IMG/VR virus record: IMGVR_UViG_3300032236_000971 | Location: 43,890-107,889 of that record | Length of the DNA stretch: 64,000 nt | From: a virus | Direction: 5' to 3' (one strand) | Shown: one piece after another, positions 53,428 to 64,000 of the stretch | Position numbering within the stretch: position 1 is the first letter of the stretch | How the letters are laid out: each line of letters opens with the position of its first letter | Notes under the pieces: generated by a model | What the model saw: the letters and a program-made list of their open reading frames with translations, nothing else | Databases searched by the model: none | Told to the model about the DNA's origin: nothing | Made by a program: the position numbers and the translations under genes

Positions 53428-54390
53428 TTGGTTAAACAAGTTATAAATGTTGGTGATACACCGAACGATGGAACAGGCGATTCGATCCGCGAAGGTATGA
53501 TCAAAGTAAATGAAAACTTTACTGATCTTTATGATAATTATCAAACCGAAGCTGGATTATCAGCTAACGTAGCAAAGCTTACTTCAAATAGTACTTCATA
53601 CGTTGGTTCTGTATCGGCGGCAAACGTTGTATCTAATGCGCAGCTTATTGCTAACCTAGCTAACTATACAACCACTACTGGCTTAGGGTCATATCAGCTT
53701 AGAGGCGATTTAAACGCAAATCTTATTACGCTTGGTGTTCAGTTTAATGCTACATTATCAGCTAACGTTGTTAAACTTACTGCTAACCTAGCTAATTATA
53801 TTGTTGCTAATACTGGCTTGATTTCAAACTCAAGCGGCGTGTTTGTTGATCCTACATATATTTCTAGCATAGCACCTACTGTAGACTTATCTGGTTATCA
53901 GGCAACTTCTACACTATCCGCTAACGTAGCAAAGCTTACTGCTAATGCTGCTGGTTATTTGAATAGTAAAACCGAAGGTAATCTAAACGTTAATAGCGCA
54001 TGTACTGCTGTTTATGCGAATGGTTCTTCTACTAATGCGTTTTCTATAGGTACAGCATTAAACTCATATACAAACGGTAATATCGGTATTGCTAATACAA
54101 CGCCAGCTAATCCGCTTGTTGTTAAAGGTATTATTCAAACCACTTATACTTCTGGTTCTACTGGAGGCGGTATTAAGTTTCCTGACGGTACAACACAAAC
54201 AACTGCTGCTTGTACTAGCGTTGGTGCTGTTGGTGGCGGTACTGATAGAATCTTTTGGCAGAATGATCAGACCGTAACTAGCAACTTTACAGTTACAACA
54301 GGTCAAAATGCCGGTACATTCGGTCCAGTTACAATAAATAGTGGTGTAACTGTAACTGTCCCATCTGGAAGTGTCTGGAGTATTATCTAA
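53428..54390 (+). CDS. Tail fibre/baseplate connector with gp9/gp10-like N-terminus
   Basis: INVGDTPNDGTGDSIREG..KVNENF; three LSANV(A/V)KLT repeats; C-terminal GPVTINSGVTVTVPSGSVWSII. Confidence 0.75.
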   Translation: MVKQVINVGDTPNDGTGDSIREGMIKVNENFTDLYDNYQTEAGLSANVAKLTSNSTSYVGSVSAANVVSNAQLIANLANYTTTTGLGSYQLRGDLNANLITLGVQFNATLSANVVKLTANLANYIVANTGLISNSSGVFVDPTYISSIAPTVDLSGYQATSTLSANVAKLTANAAGYLNSKTEGNLNVNSACTAVYANGSSTNAFSIGTALNSYTNGNIGIANTTPANPLVVKGIIQTTYTSGSTGGGIKFPDGTTQTTAACTSVGAVGGGTDRIFWQNDQTVTSNFTVTTGQNAGTFGPVTINSGVTVTVPSGSVWSII

Positions 54391-54932
54391 TGCCTATCAA
54401 ATTAAATTCCTCTGGTGGTGGATCTGTAACACTTGACCTTGGTTCAACTGCTTCTATATACACCCAAACCCTACCTTTGTTTAATGGTTCGTTGGTTGGT
54501 GCGGATTCTGTAGGTAGAGTTTCGTTTTCTAATACAGTTACTGTTTCTTCTTACGGTATTAAGTTTTCTGATAACTCAATTCAAACGACTGCTGCGGCGG
54601 CAACTCCTAATTCACTTTCAACTGCTTCTGGTTCAGCTCCATCATACTCAGCACGTGCATGGGCAAACTATAATGGTCAAACAGATACACTCAATGGCGC
54701 TGGAAATTTAACAGTGTCAAGAACAGGTGCAGGTCAATATAGTTTTAGTTTTATAACTGCAATGCCTGACGCAAATTATGCTGTAACTGTTGGTTTAGGT
54801 GACGTTAGTGGTGTTGGCAACGAACACCATATTGTTTCATCTTTAACGACATCAGGATTTCTTGTAAAAACATCTCTTTCGGGTGATTCGTGGGGAGACG
54901 TTGCTTTCCTTGGCGTGGCTGTTTTTAGGTAA
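54390..54932 (+). CDS. Tail fibre module protein
   Basis: ARAWANYNG...GAGQYSFSF.TAMPDANYAV. Confidence 0.7.
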   Translation: MPIKLNSSGGGSVTLDLGSTASIYTQTLPLFNGSLVGADSVGRVSFSNTVTVSSYGIKFSDNSIQTTAAAATPNSLSTASGSAPSYSARAWANYNGQTDTLNGAGNLTVSRTGAGQYSFSFITAMPDANYAVTVGLGDVSGVGNEHHIVSSLTTSGFLVKTSLSGDSWGDVAFLGVAVFR

Positions 54933-54946
54933 TAGGAAATATTTAA

Positions 54947-55972
54947 ATGTCAACGATTAAAGTTATAAACGCTATTCATCCCTCTGGTTCGACAACTAAC
55001 ATTGTTAATGATAACGCTGGTAATGTCACCGTTGGAAATAATTTGACTGTTACTGGTGGTATTATTCCTTCGTCATCATTTAAACGTAACCATTTGATTA
55101 ACGGTAATATGGTTATTTGGCAACGTGGTACTACAGGATTTATAAGCGGATATTCTGCGGATAGATGGTTAATAAATTGTAACGGAACTGGTTCATACGC
55201 TTTATCAACAGATGTTCCTGATGGATTTAAAAGTTCAATGAGTATGTCAGCCACATCAAGTACAGTTTGTGGTATTACTCAAAGAATCGAAAGTTTTAAC
55301 GTATTCGATTTAATGTCTAAAAATGTTACTGTAAGTTTTTGGTTTAAGAAAACCAGTGGTGCTGGCGATCTTCGAGTAAATCTAGATTATCCAACTTCAA
55401 CGAATAATTATGACGCTACAGCAGGTATAGCGCAGGTTATAGTTGCTGCTTCGCCTTCTAGTTCTTGGGCTTACTATACGTATACATTTAATGCTATGCC
55501 AGCAAATGTTGTTAAAGGTTTAAGCGTTTCTATTTTTCTAACTAATAGTTCAAGCACAACTCTTAATGGTTTATTGACAGGTGTTCAGTTAGAAACTGGT
55601 TCAGTCGCTACGCCATATGAATACCAAACATTTAGTGAACAATTAGCACAGTGTCAGAGGTATTATTATAATTCAGCCTCATCAAGAGGTAATGGAAATG
55701 GTCCCGCTTATTGGTATGGGACTGTAGACGGATTGTCCATTGCGGGAAGAACAACATATCCAGTTCAAATGCGTGTTGCACCTGGTGGTGCTAATGTAGT
55801 ATTAACATCAACAAGTGGCGCCACAGGATGTGTTAGACAATGGGATTCAGCTGACATTCCAGCAGCACCATTCATATACGATGCTTTAGGAAATCAAGTA
55901 CAATTTGCAACAGGTGGTAGATCAACAACTTCATTTTACGTTTACGATTGTGCAGCATCGGCAGAACTATAA
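54947..55972 (+). CDS. Tail fibre module with carbohydrate-binding-like domain
   Basis: RNHLINGNM.IWQRGT, ADRW, GVQLETGSVATPYE, LAQCQRYY. Confidence 0.78.
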   Translation: MSTIKVINAIHPSGSTTNIVNDNAGNVTVGNNLTVTGGIIPSSSFKRNHLINGNMVIWQRGTTGFISGYSADRWLINCNGTGSYALSTDVPDGFKSSMSMSATSSTVCGITQRIESFNVFDLMSKNVTVSFWFKKTSGAGDLRVNLDYPTSTNNYDATAGIAQVIVAASPSSSWAYYTYTFNAMPANVVKGLSVSIFLTNSSSTTLNGLLTGVQLETGSVATPYEYQTFSEQLAQCQRYYYNSASSRGNGNGPAYWYGTVDGLSIAGRTTYPVQMRVAPGGANVVLTSTSGATGCVRQWDSADIPAAPFIYDALGNQVQFATGGRSTTSFYVYDCAASAEL

Positions 55973-56006
55973 TGAACAATAAAATAATAGCTGAGGAACA
56001 GCAGTA

Positions 56007-56555
56007 ATGGCAATAACACTTAACGGCACAACAGGTATAACAACTCCAGGCGATACAGTATCAGGTAATTTGTCAGTTACCGGTAATATAACATCAAAAA
56101 CTACAACGACTGATAATAGTACGTATCCTATTTACATGAAAAATTCTACTGACTCTACTGTAGGATTTTTTAGATCTGATGGAAATTTAAATACCGGAAC
56201 ATTATCTAACTCACCGTATAATAATACGACCACTGCCCCGCCTAATATGTATGTTTCTTCAAGTGGTGATATTCTTCGTTCAACGTCAACTGCAGGGCAA
56301 ATATATACAGGTTCTGATGCAAATTTAACTGATTATCCAATTGGAACTGTAATTTCTGTTAACTATGGATATTCAACAGGTCGACAAAGTAATAGAAATC
56401 AAACACAAACAATATATTTGGCATCAGCTGATGCATCATATTTTACAGTTTCTGGTACTATGACAGCAGGAGCTGCACTAAGTGGAACTTGGAGAGCAAG
56501 AGGACAATGTTCTGACTTTGATAATGGATTTCAACTTTTTCAAAGAACGGCGTAA
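56007..56555 (+). CDS. Tail fibre module protein
   Basis: MAITLNGTTGITTP; ALSGTWRARG...LFQRTA fibre-tip-like end. Confidence 0.68.
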   Translation: MAITLNGTTGITTPGDTVSGNLSVTGNITSKTTTTDNSTYPIYMKNSTDSTVGFFRSDGNLNTGTLSNSPYNNTTTAPPNMYVSSSGDILRSTSTAGQIYTGSDANLTDYPIGTVISVNYGYSTGRQSNRNQTQTIYLASADASYFTVSGTMTAGAALSGTWRARGQCSDFDNGFQLFQRTA

Positions 56556-56564
56556 GGAATTATT

Positions 56565-56879
56565 ATGACAGAAATTGCAAAAAATCTCGTTGTTGAATAT
56601 CAGTGGAATGACGGTGCTTATAAGTGCATTGTTGATATATGGAATGATTTTTCCAACGTATATGACGAACAGTGTCATTATACAGCACGTGAAGGTGATC
56701 CAGCTCCTATTAACTTATGGATACTGGGACAAATTGCAACTGGTATTTTTAATCCAATAGCAGCTGAACCTGAACCAGTTGCGCCAGTTCAATCTCCAGC
56801 ACCAACATTAGAACAACTTCAAGCGCAACTTGCTGCTCTAACAGCTAAGATAAATGCGTTAGCAAACACAGGGCAATAA
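56565..56879 (+). CDS. Putative tail fibre assembly chaperone
   Basis: Small acidic protein after the fibre genes; C-terminal PTLEQLQAQLAAL coil. Confidence 0.55.
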   Translation: MTEIAKNLVVEYQWNDGAYKCIVDIWNDFSNVYDEQCHYTAREGDPAPINLWILGQIATGIFNPIAAEPEPVAPVQSPAPTLEQLQAQLAALTAKINALANTGQ

Positions 56880-58408
56880 TGGGAAAGCTACTACCGCAGT
56901 TTCAAAAGTCAATTATTGAAGACGTTGTTTATTCAATAACAAGTAACGTTGCGAATTATTATGCATTCGCTGCTAACCCTATTGCGTATTCTGGGGCTAC
57001 ACCAGATATTGCGAATAATGATTATACAACAACGTTTGTTAATGATTGGCAGATGTTATTCGGTAAGCAATTAGCTAATTCAGATGTATTACCTGTAATT
57101 ACAAATATACCTTGGACATATAATACGTTTTATAATCGTTACGATAATCTAAGTACGTATTTGACTAATTACTATGTTGTTACACCCCCAGCAGAAACAG
57201 GTGGTGATTACAACATCTATAAGTGTTTAGATAATGCTGGTGGGGTTAATTCAACTGCTATGCCAGACCAAAAGCAGCCAAATTCGTTTTATACAACTGA
57301 TGGTTATCTTTGGAGATATATTGCGACTATAACTGATTCACGTTATACTAAATTCGCAACTGATAATTATGTACCGATAGTTGCTAACGGTATTATTGTA
57401 GCTGGCGCTTATACATACAGCGGTATAGAAACAGTTGTTATTACAAATTCAGGTACGAACTATCAGTGTTACGCAAACGGTATTATTCAACAGAATCCAA
57501 ATACTACAGTAGTTCAAATCGAAAATAATAGAGCTGTTTCAGCTGATTTTTATACTGGCTGCGCTATGTATATCTATAATACTGATCAACAAAACGCTCA
57601 GTTAAAATTAATTTCAAGGTACGTTGTTAATACTTCAGGTAAATACGTTTACTTTAGTAGTCCAGCTAATACTCAAAGTATTATGGCTGGTGTAACTCAG
57701 TATGATATTGCCCCTGCTGTTATATTTGATACCGATGCCGACGTTAAACCGATAGCTCGTTGTTTTGTAAATCCATCGACAAACACTATAGCAAACGTTC
57801 AAATAATTGAGCCAGGTTATGGCGTTTCTTGGTGTAACGTATCTATTCAAAGTAATACGACTTTTGGTAGTGGTGCAAATGTTTATGCTATTATACCTCC
57901 TTCTGGCGGTCATGGTTCTAATCCAATAAATGAACTACAGGCTCAGGGTATGGCGATATCATTTACTTTCTCTAATACTGAGTATGGAACAATTTTAGGT
58001 AATACAATATACAATAAAATTGGTCTAATCAAAAACCCATATACAGCAACTGAATACGGAACTAAGAGTAATTACCTTTATTCCGCTAATGCTTTTAGTT
58101 CCGTGCTTACAGGCAACGTCACGATGCAGTTTACTGTTGGAGATACTGTAATTGGTCAAACGTCTAAAGCCCGAGGAACAGTTGCGTTCTGTAACTCAAC
58201 CATATTGTCCTTAACAGGTGATAAATACTTTGCGAATGGCGAAACTGTTATATCTGCTACAAGTATTTCAACAAATTCTCAATTGATAATAAATACACGT
58301 GGGGATGTTTATACAAAAGGTCTTCAACCTCTTTACGTCCAAAACATATCTAATGTACAACGCGACCCAAATGCGGCTGAATCGTTTAAATTGATTATTA
58401 AAATTTAA
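56879..58408 (+). CDS. gp8: Baseplate wedge subunit gp8-like
   Basis: YNIYKCLDNAGG, DGYLWRYI, PPSGGHGSNP..EL, IGLIKNP, ESFKLII. Confidence 0.88.
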   Translation: MGKLLPQFQKSIIEDVVYSITSNVANYYAFAANPIAYSGATPDIANNDYTTTFVNDWQMLFGKQLANSDVLPVITNIPWTYNTFYNRYDNLSTYLTNYYVVTPPAETGGDYNIYKCLDNAGGVNSTAMPDQKQPNSFYTTDGYLWRYIATITDSRYTKFATDNYVPIVANGIIVAGAYTYSGIETVVITNSGTNYQCYANGIIQQNPNTTVVQIENNRAVSADFYTGCAMYIYNTDQQNAQLKLISRYVVNTSGKYVYFSSPANTQSIMAGVTQYDIAPAVIFDTDADVKPIARCFVNPSTNTIANVQIIEPGYGVSWCNVSIQSNTTFGSGANVYAIIPPSGGHGSNPINELQAQGMAISFTFSNTEYGTILGNTIYNKIGLIKNPYTATEYGTKSNYLYSANAFSSVLTGNVTMQFTVGDTVIGQTSKARGTVAFCNSTILSLTGDKYFANGETVISATSISTNSQLIINTRGDVYTKGLQPLYVQNISNVQRDPNAAESFKLIIKI

Positions 58409-58421
58409 TTAGGAAATAAAA

Positions 58422-61400
58422 ATGCCAATCAACACTGATCTAAACGTATCTCCTTACTATGATGACTTTGATGCCAATAATCAATACTATAGAATTCTGT
58501 TTAGACCTTCAGTCCCCGTACAAGCACGCGAACTAAGTCAAGTTCAGTCTATCCTTCAGCATCAAATTGAATCATTCGCTAACTGGGCGTTTAAAAACGG
58601 TGATATTGTTCCTAATTCTGGTTGTGCTATTACAGATCAGCCAAAGGTTGATTTTGTTCGTCTTTCTGATTATCAGGCAAATGGTTTTGGGTATAATGCG
58701 CTTACACTAGCAAATCTTATGGTGTACAGTACAACGTCAAACCTTCATGCTTCTGTTCTTTATAGTTCTTTTGGTCTAGAAAAAAATTATCCCAATACAA
58801 AAGTCGTATATGTAAATTACGAAAATACAGGTGACAATGGCGAAAAGCTTTTCTCTAGTGGAGAAACTTTAACTTTCTATTATAGAAACGATCAGGCTAA
58901 CGTTGCTGCGGTTGTTAACGCATTTTCAAATTCTACAGGTCAAAACACAACTGGGTTTGGTCACGGTATCACTGTAAGTGATGGTGTTGTTTATTTAAAC
59001 GGTACATTTGTACAAGTATTAAATCGTACTTGGGGTCTTGTAAAGCCTTTTGATACTTACGCAGGTAACAATATCGTTGGCTTCCAAGCAGTTGAATCTA
59101 TTATTGACGATACTCAAGATAGTGCTCTACTTGATAACGCTCTTGGATATTCAAACGAAAATGCACCAGGCGCTCACCGTTTAAAAATTCAGCCCATTCT
59201 TACTTCTTTAGATCCAACTACTGCTGCAGGTACAAAAGATTTTGTTCCTATTGCGGTTTATCAGTATGGTAAGTTATTAACAACACAAAAATCAACAGAT
59301 CCATTTTTAGCTATTAAAGATATACTAGCTAAAAGAACATATGAAGAAGCTGGTAATTTCGTTGTAAAACCTTTCACTATGGAGAGCGTTACCGTTACTG
59401 GTTCTCCGGAAATTGACGCTGCGTTAACAGGAAATGCATTTAACGTAAGAATAAGTTCTGGTTCTGGTTATGCTCAGGGGTATGAAGTAAGTAGAGATAA
59501 TACTTCATACGTTCAAATGCGTAGAGGTACTGATACAAAAACTGTTTTAAATCAGTCAATCTCATTTAATTACGGTAACTATTACGTTGTAAATGAATTA
59601 GCAGGTAGTTTTGATTTTGATAAAGCACAATCCGTTGATCTTTATGATACTCCAATAAAGGCAGTAACAACTCGTGCTTTTAATAATTTGACTGCTTCTG
59701 GTTCTGGGTCAAATACTATTACGAACGGTTCTATTAGTTCTAATAAAATTGGAACTGCATTAGTTAAATGTTTCTCTTATGATAGCGGTATGTTGGGCGC
59801 AAATACAACCCAATATATTTTACACGTGTTTAATGTTCAGATGAAATCTGGGTATAATACTAATCAGGTCGCAGCTATTTTTAATAATAGCGGTAGCGTA
59901 AAGGGTGTAGCTGACGTAGCTGTACCTGGTATTCAGAAATCTTCTATGAGAGATCAACTATATTCATTCGGCGTGAATGGAGTAAAAAATTTAAGAGATG
60001 ATGCAAATAATATAAACACCGAATATACTTACCGTAAAAAATCTTCAACAACTATTGATAGTTATGGTCAGGCAACAGTAACTCTCACAACTTCTTCAGC
60101 TGGTGGAACAGATATTTTACCTTATCCTGTAAGTGTTCTTACGGATACAGCGGCTGCTTCTTTTATTATGGTTGTTAAACAAACAACTAATTCAACTTCA
60201 CTTGGTACTTGTCAGGTATCAAGTACAAATACAGATGTAACAGTTACAGATAGTTCAAAGTTTAAAGATAATTTTAGAGTTGGTGATTTGATTAAAGTTG
60301 GTTCTAATTTTAGAACTATTACTGCTATCGCAAACAATAGATTTTTATCTGTTGACGCAGTTTGGCCATCAACAACGTCTGGTTCATATTATAAAATGTT
60401 CCAGGCTGGTAAAGTTCTACCTATAACGCAAACATTCGGCGGACCTATTTCTTATGTTGATGTTTCAAATACAACTTCTTTCACTGTTTACACTACAGAA
60501 CAGCCAGGAGCTGCAGGTATCAACGTTGAAATCGTATACGATGTTCTTAGAAAACATACAAGCCCAGCTTCGAAAGTAATTAAAAAAGACCGTTTCGTAA
60601 AAATTAATATCACTGCTGATAATAGAAAAGGACCGTGGTGTCTTGGTGTGTCTGATATCCATAGAGTAAAAGGTATCTATGGTAATTTAAACGGCACCTA
60701 TACTATGGATAACGATATCACTAATTACTTTACATATGACACAGGTCAGAAAGACACTCATTACGATCTAGGTTATCTATATCCAAAAGCAGGGTTTAGC
60801 GATTCTATTGCTAATAATATCTTAGTTCATCTTGATTATTTTACAACGAATGTTACTGGTGGAGTTGGTTTTTATACTATTGAATCTTATCCGATAAATG
60901 ATGGTGAACCAGGTTCTGTAAACGCCGTTTCAACGGGCATTACAGGTAACGGTACTTCATTTAATACCTCATTTATTGTTGGTGATATTGTACAGATCGG
61001 TAATGAATTAAGAACAATTTCGAATATAGCCAATTCAACATATATGACTGTAAATTCAGATTTTATTAATTCATATGTTAATGCTTCTTATTTTAAATAT
61101 GATACAATACAAACAAAAGATGTTCCTCTTTATGTTGATGAATCCGGTAAAAAAATACCGTTGAGAGATTATGTAGATTTTAGACCAGTAGCGACACAGA
61201 CAGCTATTGATACTGGTTTCTGTGATATGACTAATGGTTCTCAAATAACTACAGCTATAGCATCTGCGTCTGTTAACCCTTCAAGCACTTTATCTATAAG
61301 TGCTCCAGGAACAGGTTTGAATATACCTTCTTACGGAAAAACATTAAATTCTGATTACATATATTATCTACCAAGAAAAGATTTGGTTATGATCGCGGCT

Positions 61401-62633
61401 GATCCTAATGGTCTTTCTGATGGTGTAATTAAGATAAAAGAGGGTCTTCCTGCAATTAATCCACAAACTCCATTGTATCCAGATAACGCAATGGTTATGT
61501 CAGTTGTAAATATACCCCCATATCCTTCTCTTACATCTGATCAGTTGGACGATTTCTTAGCAATTAATAAATTATCTAAAAGTCTTATACGTGATACTTC
61601 TCCTTCGATTTCTTCACAAATTGTATCAAACCGTCGTTATACAATGAAAGACGTCGGCGTTCTTGATAATAGAATTACAAACTTAGAATATTATCAGGCG
61701 CTTTCTCTTCTTGAGAAAAAAGCAGCCGATATGACGGTTACTGATTCTAATGGATTGAATAGATATAAGAACGGTATTTTCGTTGAAAACTTTAACGATT
61801 TTACGAAATCAGATGTTTCGAATCATGAATTTAGTTTAGCTATTGACGCAACTAAAGCACGTGCACGACCAAGAATTACACGTGAAATAATTGATATTGA
61901 ATTTACTTCAACACTTTCAACTAATACAGTTAAAACAGGTCGTTTGGTTACACTACCTTATACCGAAACTGTATTTTTATCTCAGCCTTATGCAACTAAA
62001 TATAGAAGTTCCGCCCACGTTTCTCTTGCATGGAACGGCACTTGCGTTCTTATTCCAAGTTATGATAATCATAACGATTACAATAATACGGGTTCTATTA
62101 GCCTTAATATCGATAATGCTACTCCTTGGAATCAGTTTGCAAAGAGTCCATTCGGTTCTGTTTGGGGCGATTGGAAAACAACGTCATCTATTACAACTTC
62201 AACAACTAATGTTGGCGGTGTTCACGGAGATGGTAAACAAGTTAATGTTGACCTTGGATTTATTGGTGGATATATTGGTGCTTCTCAACAATGGGCGGAT
62301 CAGGCTGCTGTATCAAAAATTCAAGCTATGTACGGTGATCAAGTTCAAATTGCAGGTCTTAGTGTAATACATACTGGAACATATTCAGACATTCGTCTTA
62401 AGAAAAATATTTCTCGTATTGGTAAACTACTTAATGGTCTTAATTTGTATCGTTATCGTTACCTATGGAGCGAAACTTTCTATGTTGGCGTTATGGCTCA
62501 AGAAGTTGAAAAAATTATTCCTGATGCGGTTGTTTATGATGGAAACGGTTATATGAAAGTAAATTATGCTAAAGTTGGTATTCCATTCCTTACATGGGGT
62601 CAATGGTTAACTACAAATAATTCTGCGGTTTAG
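58422..62633 (+). CDS. VrlC/DUF4815-like virion protein, N-terminal part, ending in a peptidase S74 chaperone domain
   Basis: NVSPYYDDFD, QARELSQVQS, APGAHRLKI, RRYTMKD..LDNRI.NLEYY, SDIRLKKNI...GVMAQEV. Confidence 0.88.
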   Translation: MPINTDLNVSPYYDDFDANNQYYRILFRPSVPVQARELSQVQSILQHQIESFANWAFKNGDIVPNSGCAITDQPKVDFVRLSDYQANGFGYNALTLANLMVYSTTSNLHASVLYSSFGLEKNYPNTKVVYVNYENTGDNGEKLFSSGETLTFYYRNDQANVAAVVNAFSNSTGQNTTGFGHGITVSDGVVYLNGTFVQVLNRTWGLVKPFDTYAGNNIVGFQAVESIIDDTQDSALLDNALGYSNENAPGAHRLKIQPILTSLDPTTAAGTKDFVPIAVYQYGKLLTTQKSTDPFLAIKDILAKRTYEEAGNFVVKPFTMESVTVTGSPEIDAALTGNAFNVRISSGSGYAQGYEVSRDNTSYVQMRRGTDTKTVLNQSISFNYGNYYVVNELAGSFDFDKAQSVDLYDTPIKAVTTRAFNNLTASGSGSNTITNGSISSNKIGTALVKCFSYDSGMLGANTTQYILHVFNVQMKSGYNTNQVAAIFNNSGSVKGVADVAVPGIQKSSMRDQLYSFGVNGVKNLRDDANNINTEYTYRKKSSTTIDSYGQATVTLTTSSAGGTDILPYPVSVLTDTAAASFIMVVKQTTNSTSLGTCQVSSTNTDVTVTDSSKFKDNFRVGDLIKVGSNFRTITAIANNRFLSVDAVWPSTTSGSYYKMFQAGKVLPITQTFGGPISYVDVSNTTSFTVYTTEQPGAAGINVEIVYDVLRKHTSPASKVIKKDRFVKINITADNRKGPWCLGVSDIHRVKGIYGNLNGTYTMDNDITNYFTYDTGQKDTHYDLGYLYPKAGFSDSIANNILVHLDYFTTNVTGGVGFYTIESYPINDGEPGSVNAVSTGITGNGTSFNTSFIVGDIVQIGNELRTISNIANSTYMTVNSDFINSYVNASYFKYDTIQTKDVPLYVDESGKKIPLRDYVDFRPVATQTAIDTGFCDMTNGSQITTAIASASVNPSSTLSISAPGTGLNIPSYGKTLNSDYIYYLPRKDLVMIAADPNGLSDGVIKIKEGLPAINPQTPLYPDNAMVMSVVNIPPYPSLTSDQLDDFLAINKLSKSLIRDTSPSISSQIVSNRRYTMKDVGVLDNRITNLEYYQALSLLEKKAADMTVTDSNGLNRYKNGIFVENFNDFTKSDVSNHEFSLAIDATKARARPRITREIIDIEFTSTLSTNTVKTGRLVTLPYTETVFLSQPYATKYRSSAHVSLAWNGTCVLIPSYDNHNDYNNTGSISLNIDNATPWNQFAKSPFGSVWGDWKTTSSITTSTTNVGGVHGDGKQVNVDLGFIGGYIGASQQWADQAAVSKIQAMYGDQVQIAGLSVIHTGTYSDIRLKKNISRIGKLLNGLNLYRYRYLWSETFYVGVMAQEVEKIIPDAVVYDGNGYMKVNYAKVGIPFLTWGQWLTTNNSAV

Positions 62634-62643
62634 GAGATAAAAA

Positions 62644-64000
62644 TTGCCAATTCAGAATATTACAACAACGACACAAACTGATTCTACATCTGCCACTCAA
62701 TATGGCATGACCGTAACTAATTCTACGACAACTCAAACAGTTGGTAGTACAGTCACTGACGTTACCGTTTCTCCTTATATCGCACCAGTAATTATTGCGT
62801 TTATAGCATATAATATGCGTCCTTTACAGAGAATGCATATTTTCTTTGACAGTGTTATAGTTGACCAATATTGCGCACCAGGAACTGTTCCTTTTGATTC
62901 AAATGGTAAACCTATAATTGCAGACCCAGGAAATTTTTGGTCAGTTACTCCAACTAATGGTTGGGGAACCCCAATTTATTCTGATGCTAATGGGTTTGTA
63001 GCAGGTTGGTTTAATATTCCAGCTGCGAAATTTAAAACAGGTGATAGACTATTAGTTATCACCGACGTTGATAGTATTACTAAAGGTACTGATGCTGCTA
63101 CAACAACATCTTCTGCTACTTTTACTGCATCGAATTTAAACGTAACAAAAGCAGCTATAACATTAACAACTGTTAATCCTCAATTATCTTTCAGCCCAAT
63201 AAGTTCAAAAACTTTTGTTACAAATGAACACGTTATTGGCACAAATGTAAACTATACATTACCAGATATCGGCGTTGTAAGTGGTTCTTGGTATGAGCCT
63301 ATTGCACAAGGTTTGACTATCAATACGCCAAACCAAGAAGCAGGAGTGTTTGTTACAGGAATCAGACTTTATTTTAAACAGAAATCTCAATTTGCTGCGA
63401 GAGGCGTTTCTGTATATATTTGCGAAACAAATAATGGTTATCCAAACGGAAGTAAAGTAATACCATTTTCACAAACATATTTACCTTATAATGCGATTAA
63501 TATAAGTCAGGATGCTTCTGTAGGATCTCTTTTCCGTTTTGATTCTCCTGTATTTTTAAATAACGGCGTTGAATATGCTTTTGTTGTTAAACCAGATGCT
63601 GGCGACCCAGATTATTTTGTTTACAGCGCAGTTCTTGGAGACCTTGATATTTTAACTGGTAAACAGATGTTCGGTCAACCAGTTCTAGGAACAGCTTTTT
63701 ACGGAGCAACAGAAGGCGAATGGACAGCATTACAAACAGAATATATTAAGTTTGATTTATTAAGAGCTGTTTTTGAAGGCGCAAATGGTGAAGCGTATTT
63801 TGTAAACTCAAATACAGATTATTTGAGTGTGTATAATGTAAATTATAGTTCAGCAAGCGCAGGTATTCAACCAGGCGATTATGCGTTCCAATCAACTAAT
63901 TCAACAGTAAATACGAATTCTTACGCTACAGGCGGTACTGTAAATACAAATGTTTATGGTCTTGTTTCTAGTTATGATGACGTTAAAGGTATACTTTATA
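62644..64000 (+). CDS. VrlC/DUF4815-like virion protein, C-terminal part (truncated by window end)
   Basis: GGAG RBS then TTG at 62644; read by hand: SPYIAPVIIAFIAYNMRPLQRMHIFFD, FKTGDR, EPIAQG, YFKQK, NGYP, SPVFL..G.EYAFVV. Confidence 0.8.
   Translation, partial: MPIQNITTTTQTDSTSATQYGMTVTNSTTTQTVGSTVTDVTVSPYIAPVIIAFIAYNMRPLQRMHIFFDSVIVDQYCAPGTVPFDSNGKPIIADPGNFWSVTPTNGWGTPIYSDANGFVAGWFNIPAAKFKTGDRLLVITDVDSITKGTDAATTTSSATFTASNLNVTKAAITLTTVNPQLSFSPISSKTFVTNEHVIGTNVNYTLPDIGVVSGSWYEPIAQGLTINTPNQEAGVFVTGIRLYFKQKSQFAARGVSVYICETNNGYPNGSKVIPFSQTYLPYNAINISQDASVGSLFRFDSPVFLNNGVEYAFVVKPDAGDPDYFVYSAVLGDLDILTGKQMFGQPVLGTAFYGATEGEWTALQTEYIKFDLLRAVFEGANGEAYFVNSNTDYLSVYNVNYSSASAGIQPGDYAFQSTNSTVNTNSYATGGTVNTNVYGLVSSYDDVKGILY

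Noticed and set aside
53428-56879. Diversity-generating retroelement acting on the fibre genes
   Set aside because: No reverse transcriptase and no template/variable repeat pair seen in this window

Overview
This is a 64 kb segment of a large T4-like myophage genome. The host is most likely an alphaproteobacterium, inferred from a permuted two-piece tmRNA, a PlcP-like phospholipase and an alpha-type tRNA-Ile2. Protein calls come from motif recognition and synteny by eye; no database search was run. From left to right: thyX; an accessory operon behind a T4 late promoter (csgF, csgG, two curlin-like proteins, a FecR protein, a CHASE2 adenylate cyclase, a GT2 glycosyltransferase and a PlcP-like metallophosphoesterase), met by a convergent pair of small paralogous membrane proteins; nrdA/nrdB; a GIY-YIG nuclease, two tRNAs, cell-wall hydrolases, glutaredoxin, speD, peroxiredoxin, GT4, RNase H, phoH and an exonuclease; an early region with repeated sigma70-type promoters; tmRNA and tRNA-Arg; gp33, gp59 and gp32; a minus-strand tail block (holin-like gene, two paralogous muralytic hub/tape-measure-like proteins, gp26/gp51, gp54, gp2, gp4); and a plus-strand baseplate/fibre block (gp48, gp53, hub, split gp5, PAAR, gp25, gp6, gp7, fibre modules, gp8, split VrlC-like protein). 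The best candidate for an undescribed system is the curli pore/FecR/CHASE2 cyclase module, which looks like a phage-encoded trans-envelope signalling device and is linked to a lipid-remodelling gene pair. Other highlights are a likely -1 frameshift fusing gp26 to a gp51 frame that has no usable start codon, the two-piece tmRNA, and RBS-sequestering hairpins tied to late promoters.
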